Below the pieces are notes generated by a model. The model was not told the origin of the DNA and did not search any database. It saw only the letters and a program-made list of their open reading frames with translations. DNA of 38,732 nt, from contig JBJCIZ010000022.1 in assembly GCA_051294375.1 (NCBI GenBank), forward strand, positions 1 through 38,732. Reading direction: 5' to 3'. Positions 12,498 to 24,884 of the stretch are shown piece by piece. The position numbers and the translations under genes are program-made. How positions within the stretch are numbered: position 1 is the stretch's first letter; every line of letters starts with the position of its first letter. The stretch comes from Paraspadella gotoi. Taxonomy: Eukaryota > Animalia > Chaetognatha.

Positions 12498-13884
12498 TTT
12501 TGGGAGAGACTTTCTTTATTTCCGAGGAAAGGCGAAGGAAACCAAAAAGAACGGGAGACGGCAGTGAGGGGAGAGAGATGTGAGAAGAGAGGGAGAGGAG
12601 GAAGAGCAAGACGAGAGAGATAGTTGAGAGGGAGAGAGGAGGAGAGGGAGAGACAGTTATAGAGACGAGAGAGAGAATAATGAGGGGGGCAAACGCAACG
12701 CGCGAGAGGAGTCAGTCAGATCTGGTTTTTTTTTTACTGCCTCGCTCGACGTGAACGTGGAAGTGTGCAGCAACAGGAGGGAGAAGAATTTTGCCGCTGG
12801 AGAGAATGAGAGAAGGAGAGAAGAAAGAGAGAGAGAGAGAGGAAGAGAGAGAAGGGAAAGTTCAAAAGGGAGAGCGAGCCGAAGCCAGATCATGTGACGA
12901 CAAATCCAGAGAGAGAGAAAAGGGAGCGTCACACCGATCTGTTTTGTTTTCGACTTTTCAGCAGTTTCTTGGAGCAGAGGAGGATAGCAGAGGGGGATGG
13001 TTGTATAGAGTCAACGGAGCGGGAGTTTGGTTTTCCCCCTAGACCGTCTTTGTTCAAGCCCTGGAAACATCTGGTGCAGTCTTGTGCTACTTCTCGAGTA
13101 AGGAAAGGATGGACAGAGAGGCGCATCGTAAAGTGAAGAAGGAAGAGGCGAGGCCGGGTAGAAGAGCGAGTGAGAAAAAGGCCGAGAAAGAGAGCTGAGA
13201 TGAGGATCGGTTACGGGTAAGGAGGTAGGCGTTAGTAAGATGAATGCCGATTCGAATCCTCGGTGAAAGAGGAGGGGGACAGAATTGTAAGGATGAAATG
13301 CTAAAGTAAAAGAGAGAGGATGGTAGATTTTTTTTAGGAGAAAAGAGTCGAAATTGTGCGTTTTAAAAGTAAACAAAAAATCGAAATAGTGAGGGAAGTA
13401 AACAATAGGTTGTTTCAATGAAAATAAAATGGTAAGTGAATTCCGTAATCAGAAGTCCGAAATGGTAGTTAAAATAGAGGTGTATGGAGATTCAGAAATG
13501 GAGAGTTGAATAGTGAATTTAATTAAAAAGCTTAAATGGTTTGTTGAAATAGGACAAAGTATGAAATGGATAATAGTGAGCGAAAATAGTTAAATTAAAA
13601 GGAATACGGAGTTACCAGTAATGACAGTAAGAATACAGAATAAAATTGAATGTTAAATAAGTGAGCGAGTGAAAGTTATAATTTGAACATGTTGAAGAAA
13701 AATAGAATAAAATCGAACTATCAAAATTGAATTGGGTGAAGGAGATAGGTAAATAGTAAGGACAAAATTACTGAGAGAAAAATTACATTAATGTCCGTTA
13801 TTATTTGCTAAAGAGGGAGAAATATTACATTTTATTTGTGTTACAGTATAACACTAAATGTCCCGACTTAGCTAAAAATAAAAG

Positions 13885-13937
<53 letters not shown>

Positions 13938-16830
13938 TGCGAAATTAGTAGTCTTACTGTTATTGTGTGAATGGGCGTGGTTCTTATTCTGATTTTCCTT
14001 TGGCGTTGAGTTGAAAAACAATTTTTTTTTTAAACGTTTCTTGCGCAGTGCAGGGGAAAATTTTTGTAATATTAGGAGAGTTGAAATTTTTTTGTATTGC
14101 GCGCGCGATTGAAGATAAGAAAAAAATTAAGATTAGAAAGATGGGAAGAAAAAAAATAGGGTGGTTGGGAGGTTTCGCGGTTAGCCTAGTTAAGTCGTAG
14201 TAGATGCAGGGAAACTTAATCCTGTGGAAGGTTAACCTTGGAGAGGCCTGATGGCAGTCACTGGGAAGATGGTATCTAGCTAAAGGTAGTACTATTAGTC
14301 TTCATCAGGGAAAAGAGCGTAAGTAGGTTAGGAATATATTGGTAATTAGGATAGTAACTATAACAAAGGAACAATGGTACTTAAAGGGAGAGAAGAGAGG
14401 AAGTTTTCCAGACCAGAAGACGAGAGTGAGAAGTGAGAGAGAGCTGTACGATCTCTCAGACTCTATCCGTGACTCCGGATAAGAGGGGGGACGCTGTGCG
14501 AGGGGAGGAGGAGGCGTGAGTAGGGGAGAGGAAGGCCCGGGGAAGAGATATTGCGTAGGGTTGAGCTTCTATTTGGTATTATTTGTTTCACTTTAGCTTA
14601 CACTATTTTACTATTTGTAAATTGCATAGATGTATTTATAACTACACTCTCTCTTTCTCTTTCGCTCTTTTTCACCATTTCACTATTATCTTCACGAATT
14701 CAATCTTTCTGTTTTAATGTTAACATGTCATTCACACATTTTAGCACTTGTCCTTTCTCAAATCTGTGTTGGAAATTTTTTCTCTCTCTCTCTTCCTCTT
14801 CTCTTTCTCTTTCTCCCTTCTTTATGTCACTTAGATATTTCAACATTCACAACTAGTCATTTTGTGCAGATGAAGTTCGTAAATCGAATTTACTTCAAAT
14901 TTAAACACTTGCTGCAATACAATTTTAAACTTTTCTCTATGTTTTTCTATGTTAATCATTTCCACATCAGACTGAATTTCAGCTTAATCACACACTTTTC
15001 TCCCACAGTGGTACAAATTTCAAGTAAATCGTCCCGAACAATCATGAGTAATTTGACGTTCAAATAGATAGAAATATATATATTTTTTTCAAATTAAACT
15101 CATTTCCACTAGCCTATTCATCGAAACTTTATAGCACTTCAATCACCACTTCCCTACCACACACAAAAATTTCATTTCAAGTCCATCCATGCCATTCACG
15201 AGCAATTGGATTTTTGCTAAGGTGGACGGACGAACAAACGAGGAAGCGGACATCGTTTTTTTTGCGATAATGTATCATAATTCATGTTCTGATATAAGTG
15301 ATTCCGACAAGATTGAGGCGCGGACCTCGACGCTGACATTGATTAATTATTAGTAAATCAACACTCCCGGCTTCACAGGTAGCAACTTTCACAATATTCT
15401 GATAATAATGTAATTTGTTGGTAGTTTTATACTTAAGATGTTAATTATTATAATACAAAGTTTTTGAACTTATTTCTGCCATGTGGTATTTTAGTTTGTA
15501 CCAATGAAGTCAAATAAACGGAAAGCGGTAACTTTCATGCCATATTCTTCAAGTACTTTAGTAAAATAACTGAAAATAAACAATCATGGAAAGATAATTA
15601 GGTTTTGGTTTTTAAACATTCTCATATTTTCATATGTGGACAAAAAAATGTAGATATCGCCACTAAAAAGATATCAAGATAAATAAATCTATCCTGTTTT
15701 TTATTAAATAAGCTATTCTTGCCCTACTTTGGTGGGTTTAAGCCTCTATCAGTTTATAAGTATCTATTGCTTGAGCATTTATACCAGATCAAAACTTATA
15801 TTGCCCATTTTCAGTCTAACCGAACTTGAATAAGAAAAATATGATGGATGCTTGAGGTTTCCATGTTGAAATCTAAAAAAAACAATTAATACTGATTATA
15901 AATTCTTATGAAAAAATAAGGCAATGTTTTTGGTTTTTTTTCTATTCAACCTTTTTATTCATCTAATTGCCTTACTCACCAAGATGATTTACTACCCCTT
16001 ACTCGTATTGGCATGATGGTGATAATAGTTTGAGTGTGCGTTAAAGTGATGGATAGTTGATATTAAGTTTTGATGGCAATCAATCATATCATCATCAATC
16101 GGAAGAGATGAGAGAAACTTTTAAAAAATTGAATAAATGTGTCATTTTAGTTTCTGTTCTTAACTCCTTTTACATCCTATATATCCGATCAAAAACTCTA
16201 TATCTAGCTTAATCATCATAGCTTTACTACCACACACAAAATTGTTATTCAATTTATCTCAGTATCGTTTGAAGAACCGGGGAAAGTCCAGGAGGCTGTA
16301 ACTTTTGTAAATGCTTGGAAATCACCTGAAATCGAATACGGTTAACCTAAGGGAGGTTTCATTCACCATTAGGTATTGAGCACGTTTAAAAAAATTAGGT
16401 GCATGGCTGTTTTTTTAACCAAAAATTATTTTCATAAATATGGTAGTAACTCTTATAATATGTATATAACGGGAGGGTTGCCTAAACGGTGGTAAAACAA
16501 AATGATCACAACAGCTCTGTTTAAAACTCATTTGCTTGTAGAGTGTGGAGTAGGTTATTATGTGGTTATATTTTTTATATATTGTATTATTCAGTCTTAT
16601 GATAATTTTTTAAAAAATATTTCAAAATAATACTAACTGATATTCAATTTAGAGCTGACGTCGTTTTAGAATTGAGGAAGATTTTTCAATGGATATTTTC
16701 ATTCAAATCTAGACTATCCAAACAATAAAAACGCCTCCTGAGGAACAATTACAGTTAAAAATCTTAAAAGCAATAGGATTCGAGCCAGATTTTGTGAACA
16801 AAATTGATGCTATGATAATCTCTCTCTTTT
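11630..16830. repeat. Copy 1 of ~5.2-kb tandem duplication (indel-rich)
   Basis: Colinear with 16830-22080, e.g. tcattagctggcgaaattgaggt at ~11682/~16884 and gagctgacgtcgtt at ~16652/~21908. Confidence 0.9.
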
Positions 16831-17764
16831 TTGAAGCCATTGTGGTGGGAGGTAGGACAGGGATGGGAAGATGTTCTTTACTATCATTAGCTGGCGAAAT
16901 TGAGGTGGCTGGCGACTTGAAGTTANNNNNNNNNNNNNNNNNNNNNNNNNNNNNNNNNNNNNNNNNNNNNNNNNNNNNNNNNNNNNNNNNNNNNNNNNNN
17001 NNNNNNNNNNNNNNNNNNNNNNNNNNNNNNNNNNNNNNNNNNNNNNNNNNNNNNNNNNNNNNNNNNNNNNNNNNNNNNNNNNNNNNNNNNNNNNNNNNNN
17101 NNNNNNNNNNNNNNNNNNNNNNNNNNNNNNNNNNNNNNNNNNNNNNNNNNNNNNNNNCAATTCTCACGACTATATCCTTTGTTTCTTTTAGCTCTTGCTT
17201 TATGTTGTAAAGTTCTTGTTCTTTTTCACTAAGTTCCTTGTTTCTTTTTTCGAGTTTCAACTGAATTTTTGAAATTTTATCATTTAGGTTTTTCATATCT
17301 GCTAGTTTTTCTTTAGTTTCTTTTAGTTCTTTCTTGATGTCATAGAGTTCTTGTTCTTTTTTGCAGAGTTCATTCTTTCCTTTGTCAAGTTTAAACTGAA
17401 TTTGGAAAATTTGTTCGTTCTGGTTTTTCATCCCTGATAGTTCCTCCTTAGTTTCCTTAAGCTCTTGAGTTATGTCATAAAGCTTTTGTTTGGTCTCAAG
17501 AAGTCCGTCTCCTCTTTTGTCATACAAAGATCGAAGTTGTGAATATCTTGTATCCCACTGATCTATTCTGGACTCATACACGCCTACTATTTTGTCTAGT
17601 AGAACTTTTTCTAATTTCTCAAACCTATTTTCTATGTTTGAGATAGATTGGGAAACAACGTCGGTCCAGGGAGCTTCCTCATAAAATTGAGATGACAATG
17701 GATTGCTGGGATTAAAGGTATCAAATCGCGAGTATTCATCATCCTCATATTGAATGGTATTCAT
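16709..17764 (-). CDS. Hypothetical coiled-coil protein with 45-aa internal repeats; interrupted by an N gap and truncated at the duplication junction (~16830)
   Basis: Open frame from AAAATG at 17764 (MNTIQYEDD). K/E/Q/L-rich repeat LY(D/N)I..ELKETK recurs every 45 aa, about 2.5 copies. Confidence 0.55.
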   Translation of the reverse strand: MNTIQYEDDEYSRFDTFNPSNPLSSQFYEEAPWTDVVSQSISNIENRFEKLEKVLLDKIVGVYESRIDQWDTRYSQLRSLYDKRGDGLLETKQKLYDITQELKETKEELSGMKNQNEQIFQIQFKLDKGKNELCKKEQELYDIKKELKETKEKLADMKNLNDKISKIQLKLEKRNKELSEKEQELYNIKQELKETKDIVVRIXXXXXXXXXXXXXXXXXXXXXXXXXXXXXXXXXXXXXXXXXXXXXXXXXXXXXXXXXXXXXXXXXXXXXXXXXXXXXXNFKSPATSISPANDSKEHLPIPVLPPTTMASKKREIIIASILFTKSGSNPIAFKIFNCNCSSGGVFIVWIV

Positions 17765-17907
17765 TTTGGGAGAGACTTTCTTTATTTCCGAGAAAGGGCG
17801 AAGAAACCAAAAAGAAACGGGAGACGGAGTGAGAGGGAGAGAAGATGTGAGAGAGAGGGAGAGGGAGAGAGAGAGCAAGAGAGAGAGATAGTGAGAGGGA
17901 GAGAGAG

Positions 17908-17938
<31 letters not shown>

Positions 17939-19995
17939 AGAGGGGGGGCAAACTCAGCGGCGAGAGGGAGCTCAGTCAGATCTGGTTTTTTTTTTATGCC
18001 TCGTCACGTGACTACGTGAAGTGTGCAGCAACAGGGAGGGAGAGAAATTTTGGCCTGGGAGAGAGAGAGAGAAGGAGAGAGAGAAAGAGAGAGAGAGAGA
18101 GAAAGAGAGAGAAGAAAAGTTCAAGAAGGGAGAGGGAGCGAAGCCAGATCACGTGACGACAAAGTCCAGAGAGAGAGAAAAGGGAGCGGTCAACGATCTG
18201 TTTTGTTTTCGACTTTTCAGAGTTTCTATGAGCAAGAGGGAGATAGCGAGAGAGGGGGATGGTGTTTAGAGGTCAAAGGGAGCGGGAGTGTGGTTTTTCC
18301 CCCTAGACCGTCTTTGGTCAAGGCCTGGAAACATCGGTGCAGCTGCTCTCTCGAGTAAGGAAAGGATGAGGACAGAGAGGCGCATCGTAAAGGAGAGAAG
18401 GAAGAGGAGGCCGGGAAGAAGAGCGAGTGAAGAAAAAGGCGCGAGAAAGAGATGCTGAGATCGAGGATCGGCTCACGGGTCAAGGAGGGGAGGGTTAGTA
18501 AATGAATGCGCGATTCGAATCCATCGGTGAAAGAGAGGGGGGAAAGAAATTGTAAGGGATGAAATGCTAAGTAAAAAGAGAGAGATGGTAGATTTTTTTT
18601 AGGAGAAAAGATCGAAATTGTGCGTTAAAAAGTAAACAAAAAATCGAAATAGTGAGTAAAAATAGTGTTTCAATGAAAATAAAAATGGTAAGTTGAATTC
18701 GTGAATCAGAAGTCGGAAATGGTGAGTTAAAATAGTAAGTGTATGAAGATTGAAATGGAGAGTTGAAATAGTGAATTAATAAAAAGCTAAATGGTGTGTT
18801 GAAATAGACAAAGTATGAAAATGGAAATAGTGAGCGAAAATAGTAAAATTAAAAGGAATACTGAGTTACAGTAATGGAACAGTAAGAATACAGAATAAAA
18901 TTGAAGTTAAAATAGTGAGGCAGTGTAAAGTTAAAATTTAACAGTGAAGCAAAATAGAATAAAATCGAAACTATCAAAATTGAATTTGGGTGAAGGAGAT
19001 AGTAAAATAGTAAGGAAAAATACTGAGAGAAAAAATTACATTAATGTCCCGGATTATCTTGCTAAAGGGGAGAAATATTACAATTTTATTGTGTTACAGT
19101 ATAACACTAAATGTCCCGGATTAGCTAAAAATAAAAGGGCGAATTAGTGATCTTACTGTTTATTGTGTGAGATGGGCGTGGTTCTTATTCGTATTTTCCT
19201 TTGGCGTTGAGTTGAAGAAACAATTTTTTTTTAAACGTTTTTGCGCAGTGCAGGGAAAATTTTTTGTGAAATATTAGGGAGAGTTGAAATTTTTTTTATT
19301 GCGCGCGCGAGGAAGATAAGAAAAAAAATTAAGATTAGGAAAGATGGAAGAAAAAAAATTAGGGTGGGTTGGGAGGGTTTGCCGGTTAGCCAGTTAGTCG
19401 GTAGAGCAGGGAAACTTAATCCTGGGGAAGGTTAAACCTTGGGGAGAGGCCTGATTGGGCGTCACTGGGAAGATGGGTATCTAGCTAAAGGTAGGTACTA
19501 TCTAGTCTCTCATCAGGGAAAAGAGGTAAGTAGGGTAGGGAATATATGGTAATAGGTAAGTAACAATAACAAAGGGAACAAGGGTACATAAAAGGGAGAG
19601 AAGGGAGAGGGAAGGTTTCAGACCCCGAGACCGAGAGGAGAAGTTGAGAGAGACTGTCCGATCTCCAAGACTCTATCCGTGACTCCGGGGATGAAGAGGA
19701 GGGACGGCGAGGGGAGGAGGAGGCGTTGAGAGGGGGAAGAGAAGGCCCGGGGGAGAGAGAGGTTCTGGCGGTAGGGTGAGCCTCTATCTGGTAGTTATTT
19801 GTTATCACTTTAGCCTACACTATTTTACTATTTGTACATTGCATAATGTATTAGTAACTACACTCTCTCTCTTTCTCTTTCTCTCTTTTTCACCATTTCA
19901 CTTTATCTTCACGAATTCAATCTTTCTGTTTTTAATTTAACCTGTCATCACACATTTGACCACTGTCCTTTCTCAAATCTGTGTTGGAAAATTTT

Positions 19996-20027
<32 letters not shown>

Positions 20028-22080
20028 TCTCCCTTCTTTATGCACCAAATATTTCAACATTTCACAACTGTCATTTTGTGCAGATGAAGGTTCGTAAATC
20101 GAATTTTACTATCAAATAAACACGTTGCTGCAATACAATTTTAAACTTTTCTCTATGTTTTTCCATTTAAACTCATTTCCACTCAGACTGATTTCCAGCT
20201 TAATCACACACTTTCCTCCCCACATACAAAATTTCAAGTAAATCGTCCCGACCACTCATGAGTATTTGACGTTCAAATAGTGAAATATATATATTTTTTT
20301 CAAATTAAACTCATTTCCACTAGCACTATTCCATCGAAACTTTATATCCAGCTCAATCACACACTTCCCTACCCACACACAAAATTTCATTTCAATCCAT
20401 CCATCCATTCACGAGCAATTGGAGTTTTTGCTAAGGTGGGACGGACGAACAAACGGACAGACGGACATCGTTTTTTTTTGCATAATTTATCATAATTCGA
20501 TGTTCTGATATAAGTGAATTCCCGACAAGATTGAGGGGCGGACCGACGGACTGACATAGTGAATTATTATTAGTAAATCAACACTCCCCGGCTTCACAGG
20601 TTAGTAAACTTTCACAATATTCTGATAATAATGTAAATTGTTGTAGTTTTATACTAAGATTTAATTATATAATACAAAGTTTTTGAACTATTTCTGCCTG
20701 TGGTATTTAAGTTTGTACCATGAAGTCAAATAAAACGGGAGCGGTAACTTTCATGCCATTTTTCAGTACTTTAGTAAAAATAATGAAAATAAAAACAATC
20801 ATGGAAAGATAATTCAGGTTTTTGTGTTTTAAACAATTCTCATCTTATTCATATGTGACAAAAAAATGTAAGACTATCGCCACTAAAAAAAGATATCAAG
20901 ATAAATAAATCCTATCCATGTTTTTATTAAATAAGCTATCTTGCCCTTGACTTTGGTGGTTTAAGGCCTCCATCAGTCTTATAAGATAATGCTATTCTTG
21001 AGGCATTTATACCAATACAAAACTATATTTGGCACCCATTTCAGTCTTAACCAGAACTGTGAATAAGAAAAATATGATGATGCTTGAGGTTTCCATGTTG
21101 AAATCTAAAAAAAAAACAAATTGAATACTATTATAAAATTCTTCATGAAAAAAATAAGGCAATTTTTTTGGTTTTTTATCTGATATCAACCTATTTATTC
21201 ATCTATGCCTTACCACCAAAGTGATTTACTTAACCCCAATTACTCGTGATTGGATGAATGGATTGGAATAAAAGTTTGAGTGTGGGTAAGAAAGTGAGTG
21301 ATTGAGTTGGATATTAAGTTTTGATGGCATCAATCAATTAATCAATCAATCAATCGGAGAGAGATAGAGAGAAACTTTTAAAAATTGATATAAATGTGTC
21401 TTTTAGTTTTCTGTTCTAACTCTTTTCCACTCCTATTATTCCATCAAAAACTTATATCTAGCTTAATCTCATAGTTTACTACCCACACACAAAATTTTAT
21501 TTCAATTTATCTACAGTATCGGTTTTGAAGAACCGGGAAAAGTCCAGGGAGGCTGTAACTTTTTTGTAAATGCTGGAAATCACCTGAAAATCGAATACGG
21601 GTTAGACCTAAGGGAGGTTTATTCACCATTAGAGTTTGAGCCACTTTAAAAAAAATATAGTGCATGGGCTTTTTTTTTAACAAAAAATTAATTTTCATAA
21701 AATATGGTAGTAAATACTCTTATAATATGGTTATATAACCGGGAGGGGTTGCCTAAACGAGTGGTAAAACAAAATGATCACATACAGCTCTGTTAAAACT
21801 CATTTGCATAAAGTAGCAATATATTTTTTTATAATATTGTATATTCAGTCTTATGATAATTTTTTTAAAAAATATTTCAAATAATAGCTAACTGATATTC
21901 CAATTAGGAGCTGACGTCGTTCTTAGAGATTGAGGAAGATTTTTTCAATGGAGATTTTCGTTCAAATCTGACTACCAAACAATATAAACGCTCCTGAGGA
22001 AAATTACAGTAAAAAATCTTAAAAGCAATAGGGATCGAGCCAGATTTTGATGATAACCAAATATTGATGCTATGATAACC
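16830..22080. repeat. Copy 2 of ~5.2-kb tandem duplication (cleaner copy)
   Basis: Colinear with copy 1; reading frames are better preserved here. Confidence 0.9.
20160..20570 (+). mobile_element. DINE-1/Helentron-like non-autonomous repeat core (related pieces at ~14950-15350, 16190-16260, 21440-21510, 3370-3400, 3590-3700)
   Basis: Repeated cacacacttccctacccacacacaaaatttcatttcaatcc module followed by ggacggacgaacaaacggacagacggac and gacatagtgaattat. This resembles the aaatttca...acggacagacggac layout of DINE-like elements; recognised from memory only. Confidence 0.4.
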
Positions 22081-22320
22081 AAATATTGATGCGATGATAA
22101 CCAAATATTGATGCGATGATAACCGAAGGATTGATGCGATGATAACCAAATTATGGATGCGATGATAGTCATTCATTGATGCGATGATAATCATTCATTA
22201 ATGTGATGATAGTACTTCATTGATCGGGGGATAATCATTCATTGATGCGATGAAAGTCATTCATTGATGCGATGATAGTCATTCATTGATGCGATGCTAG
22301 TCATTCATTGACGCGATGAG
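22047..22320 (+). repeat. 22-bp minisatellite (GATGCGATGATAACCAAATATT grading into GATGCGATGATAGTCATTCATT)
   Basis: About 12 tandem units read directly. Confidence 0.9.
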
Positions 22321-22325
22321 TTAAT

Positions 22326-22356
<31 letters not shown>

Positions 22357-24036
22357 CAACAGAGAGTTGATTGAGAGAGAAATATAAAGAGAATAATAAA
22401 ATAATAATAAAAGTTTTTAGAAGGAAAAAAATAAAAATCCACAGAAATCTCGGAAATAAATTTGGGATTTTGTATTAAGAAAAAAGTGGCGTGATAAAAA
22501 TAAAATTGTTTTATTAGAGTGTGATTAAGCATCAATTAACTTTCTATTTTTTCTTTCAATTGAAATAAGACTGAAGTCTTTTGTTCATCTAGTTCAAAAT
22601 GAGGTTGAAAACCTTATTTATTTTTGCATATTATTAAAAAAATGAATGAAATTGATATTGATTGTATGAAATGAAAACTCGTTGCTATAGAAAGCTAAAC
22701 TATTTTCAATAATAACGGTCAAAAAATTATAATCTCTATTAACAAAATATATAGTTGACAATAATCAGTTAACGACTATGATATTTTTTTGACTTCCAAA
22801 TATTTTTTTTACATATTAAAATAAATTGTATTTCGCTCATCTTAAAAAATTTTAATCTTGAATGAAATTTTATATTGTTACATTTTTTATATTATATTGA
22901 AGAGACAGNNNNNNNNNNCTTGAATAAAATTTTATATTGTTACATTTTTTATATTATATATTATTTATATTAATCCGCGCAATTCCCAGATATATAGCAG
23001 GTATCGCCTACCTGTCGCACAAGTTGATGTACATGTGACATTGCCTGCATTATAAGTTATTCTTCCTTTTTGTTAAAATGAATTCACGAAAATCTTGGAT
23101 GTAAATTTGGGATTTTGTATTGAGAAAAAAAATAAATGGCGATAATAAAAGTTTTAAGAAAGAAAAAATAATAAGAATAATAAAAAACGAACGATCACGC
23201 AAAAAAGATCGTTACAGGAGAGACAAGGCATGAGAGAGAGAGAGAGAACGTAGGGCTGACAGTTTTTTCCCGGCCAACGAAACGCTATTATATTATGTTG
23301 CCTCTCGTTTATAATAATATAGAATAATCAGATTTTTAGGGAAAAAATCAGCTGAAAAATCTTCGGGCATATGTAAATTATGGCAGATTTGTGATATGAG
23401 AGAAAAAGCGACGAAATATAATTGACGATTAATAAAGTTTTTAGAATTAGAAAAAAAGATGGAAAAGAGAGAGTGAGAGAGAGAGAGAGAAGAAGAGGGA
23501 TAGAGAGTGGATAAAAAATATTTTCTTTTTTTTAGGAAGAAACCAGCCGAGTTCAAATTTAAATTTGCTATTTATTTATTATAATAGTTATCACAACTCA
23601 AATAATTATTATTTAAAAAAATTTGATAATTTGTAAATTATCAGAATAACAAAAAAAGTAATGTTTAATTTGACTATATCTCTCTTCTCAACTCCTATTT
23701 TAGATATAATTTGCCAATAGTGGGCCAACCGGTCCAAAGTTACAATAATAAATAAAAACAAACAATTTTTTTTAAAACGTGAAGCATGCAATTGTATTAT
23801 TCAGCGATAGTGCCGCATGTATAATAGGTCACATTAGCTGATTTATATGTGATACTGCATGTCATTATAAGTTATTTTTCACTTTTTTTAAAATGTATAC
23901 ACGAAAATCTCGGATGTAAATTTGGGATTTTGTATTGAGAAAAAACATAATCATAATTTTTCAAAAAAAGAACGATCACGCAAGAGAGAGAGAGTGAATA
24001 AAAAAAAAAGTGAATAATTTTTTTTTTGTAAAAAAA

Positions 24037-24120
<84 letters not shown>

Positions 24121-24481
24121 ACGCGAAACGCGTTATTAGGTCATGTTCCTTGACATTGTTTACTCGTTGCCTCGCAACGGCCACGAAATCCAGGTAAAGA
24201 GAAAATAGCGCGGAATAAATGGTGATAATAAAAGTTTTTAGAAGGAAAAAAATAATCAGAGAGAGAGAGAGAGAGAAAAAGAAAAATAAAAACCGAATTT
24301 CTTTCCAATTATATCGGTTATCCGTTGCCTCGCAACGGCGGCGTGATCTCGGTCAAGTTGATCCTCTTATACACGTAACGTTTCCGTTGCCATCAAAACG
24401 CGTTTTTAGGTCATGTTCCTTGACAATTTTTACTCGTTGCCCTGCAACGGCCACGAAATCCAGGCCAAGTAAGTTATTCTT
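22320..24481. repeat. Modular complex repeat: short conserved blocks interleaved with (GA)n
   Basis: aaatctcggatgtaaatttgggattttgtatt-like at ~22445, 23090, 23905; taggtcatgttccttgaca...gcaacggccacgaaatccagg at 24137 and 24407; gaacgatcacgcaa at ~23188 and 23970. Confidence 0.8.
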
Positions 24482-24884
24482 NNNNNNNNNNGTCTGAGAA
24501 TCCATATCCCCCCTTGTTTAAATATAATGCTCTAAATATTTATACACAAATTAAAATAAAATTGTAAGTTGTTGTTTGTGTGTTTGTAAATTATTACAAT
24601 GGTATATTACTAATAAATTCGATGTAGGATTATCGTTTCGAAATGAACTTCTAGATTTGAGAGAAAAAAAAATATTCCGACATTTACTTCGAAAAAAAAA
24701 AGATATTCCGAAATTTACTTCGGAAAGAGATAAAAAAAATTTGAACAATACAGATTCTTCATAATGATTCTTCATCGCGGCGTAAGGGGAACTTTGCTCT
24801 TTTCTTCGTTGTTTTCTTTTTGTTGACGGTTGATTAGTTCTTTAAGAACGACTGCGTATGTAGGTCGGATGCTGTACGCTTTCT

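Noticed and set aside
18226-18530. ~100-aa minus-strand ORF (..REQLHRCFQALTKDGLGGK..)
   Set aside because: Largely low complexity, the start is frameshifted in both copies, and there is no recognisable domain.
22047-22320. Regular 22-bp repeats as a CRISPR array
   Set aside because: Units are contiguous with no unique spacers, there are no cas genes, and the context is eukaryotic; this is a minisatellite.
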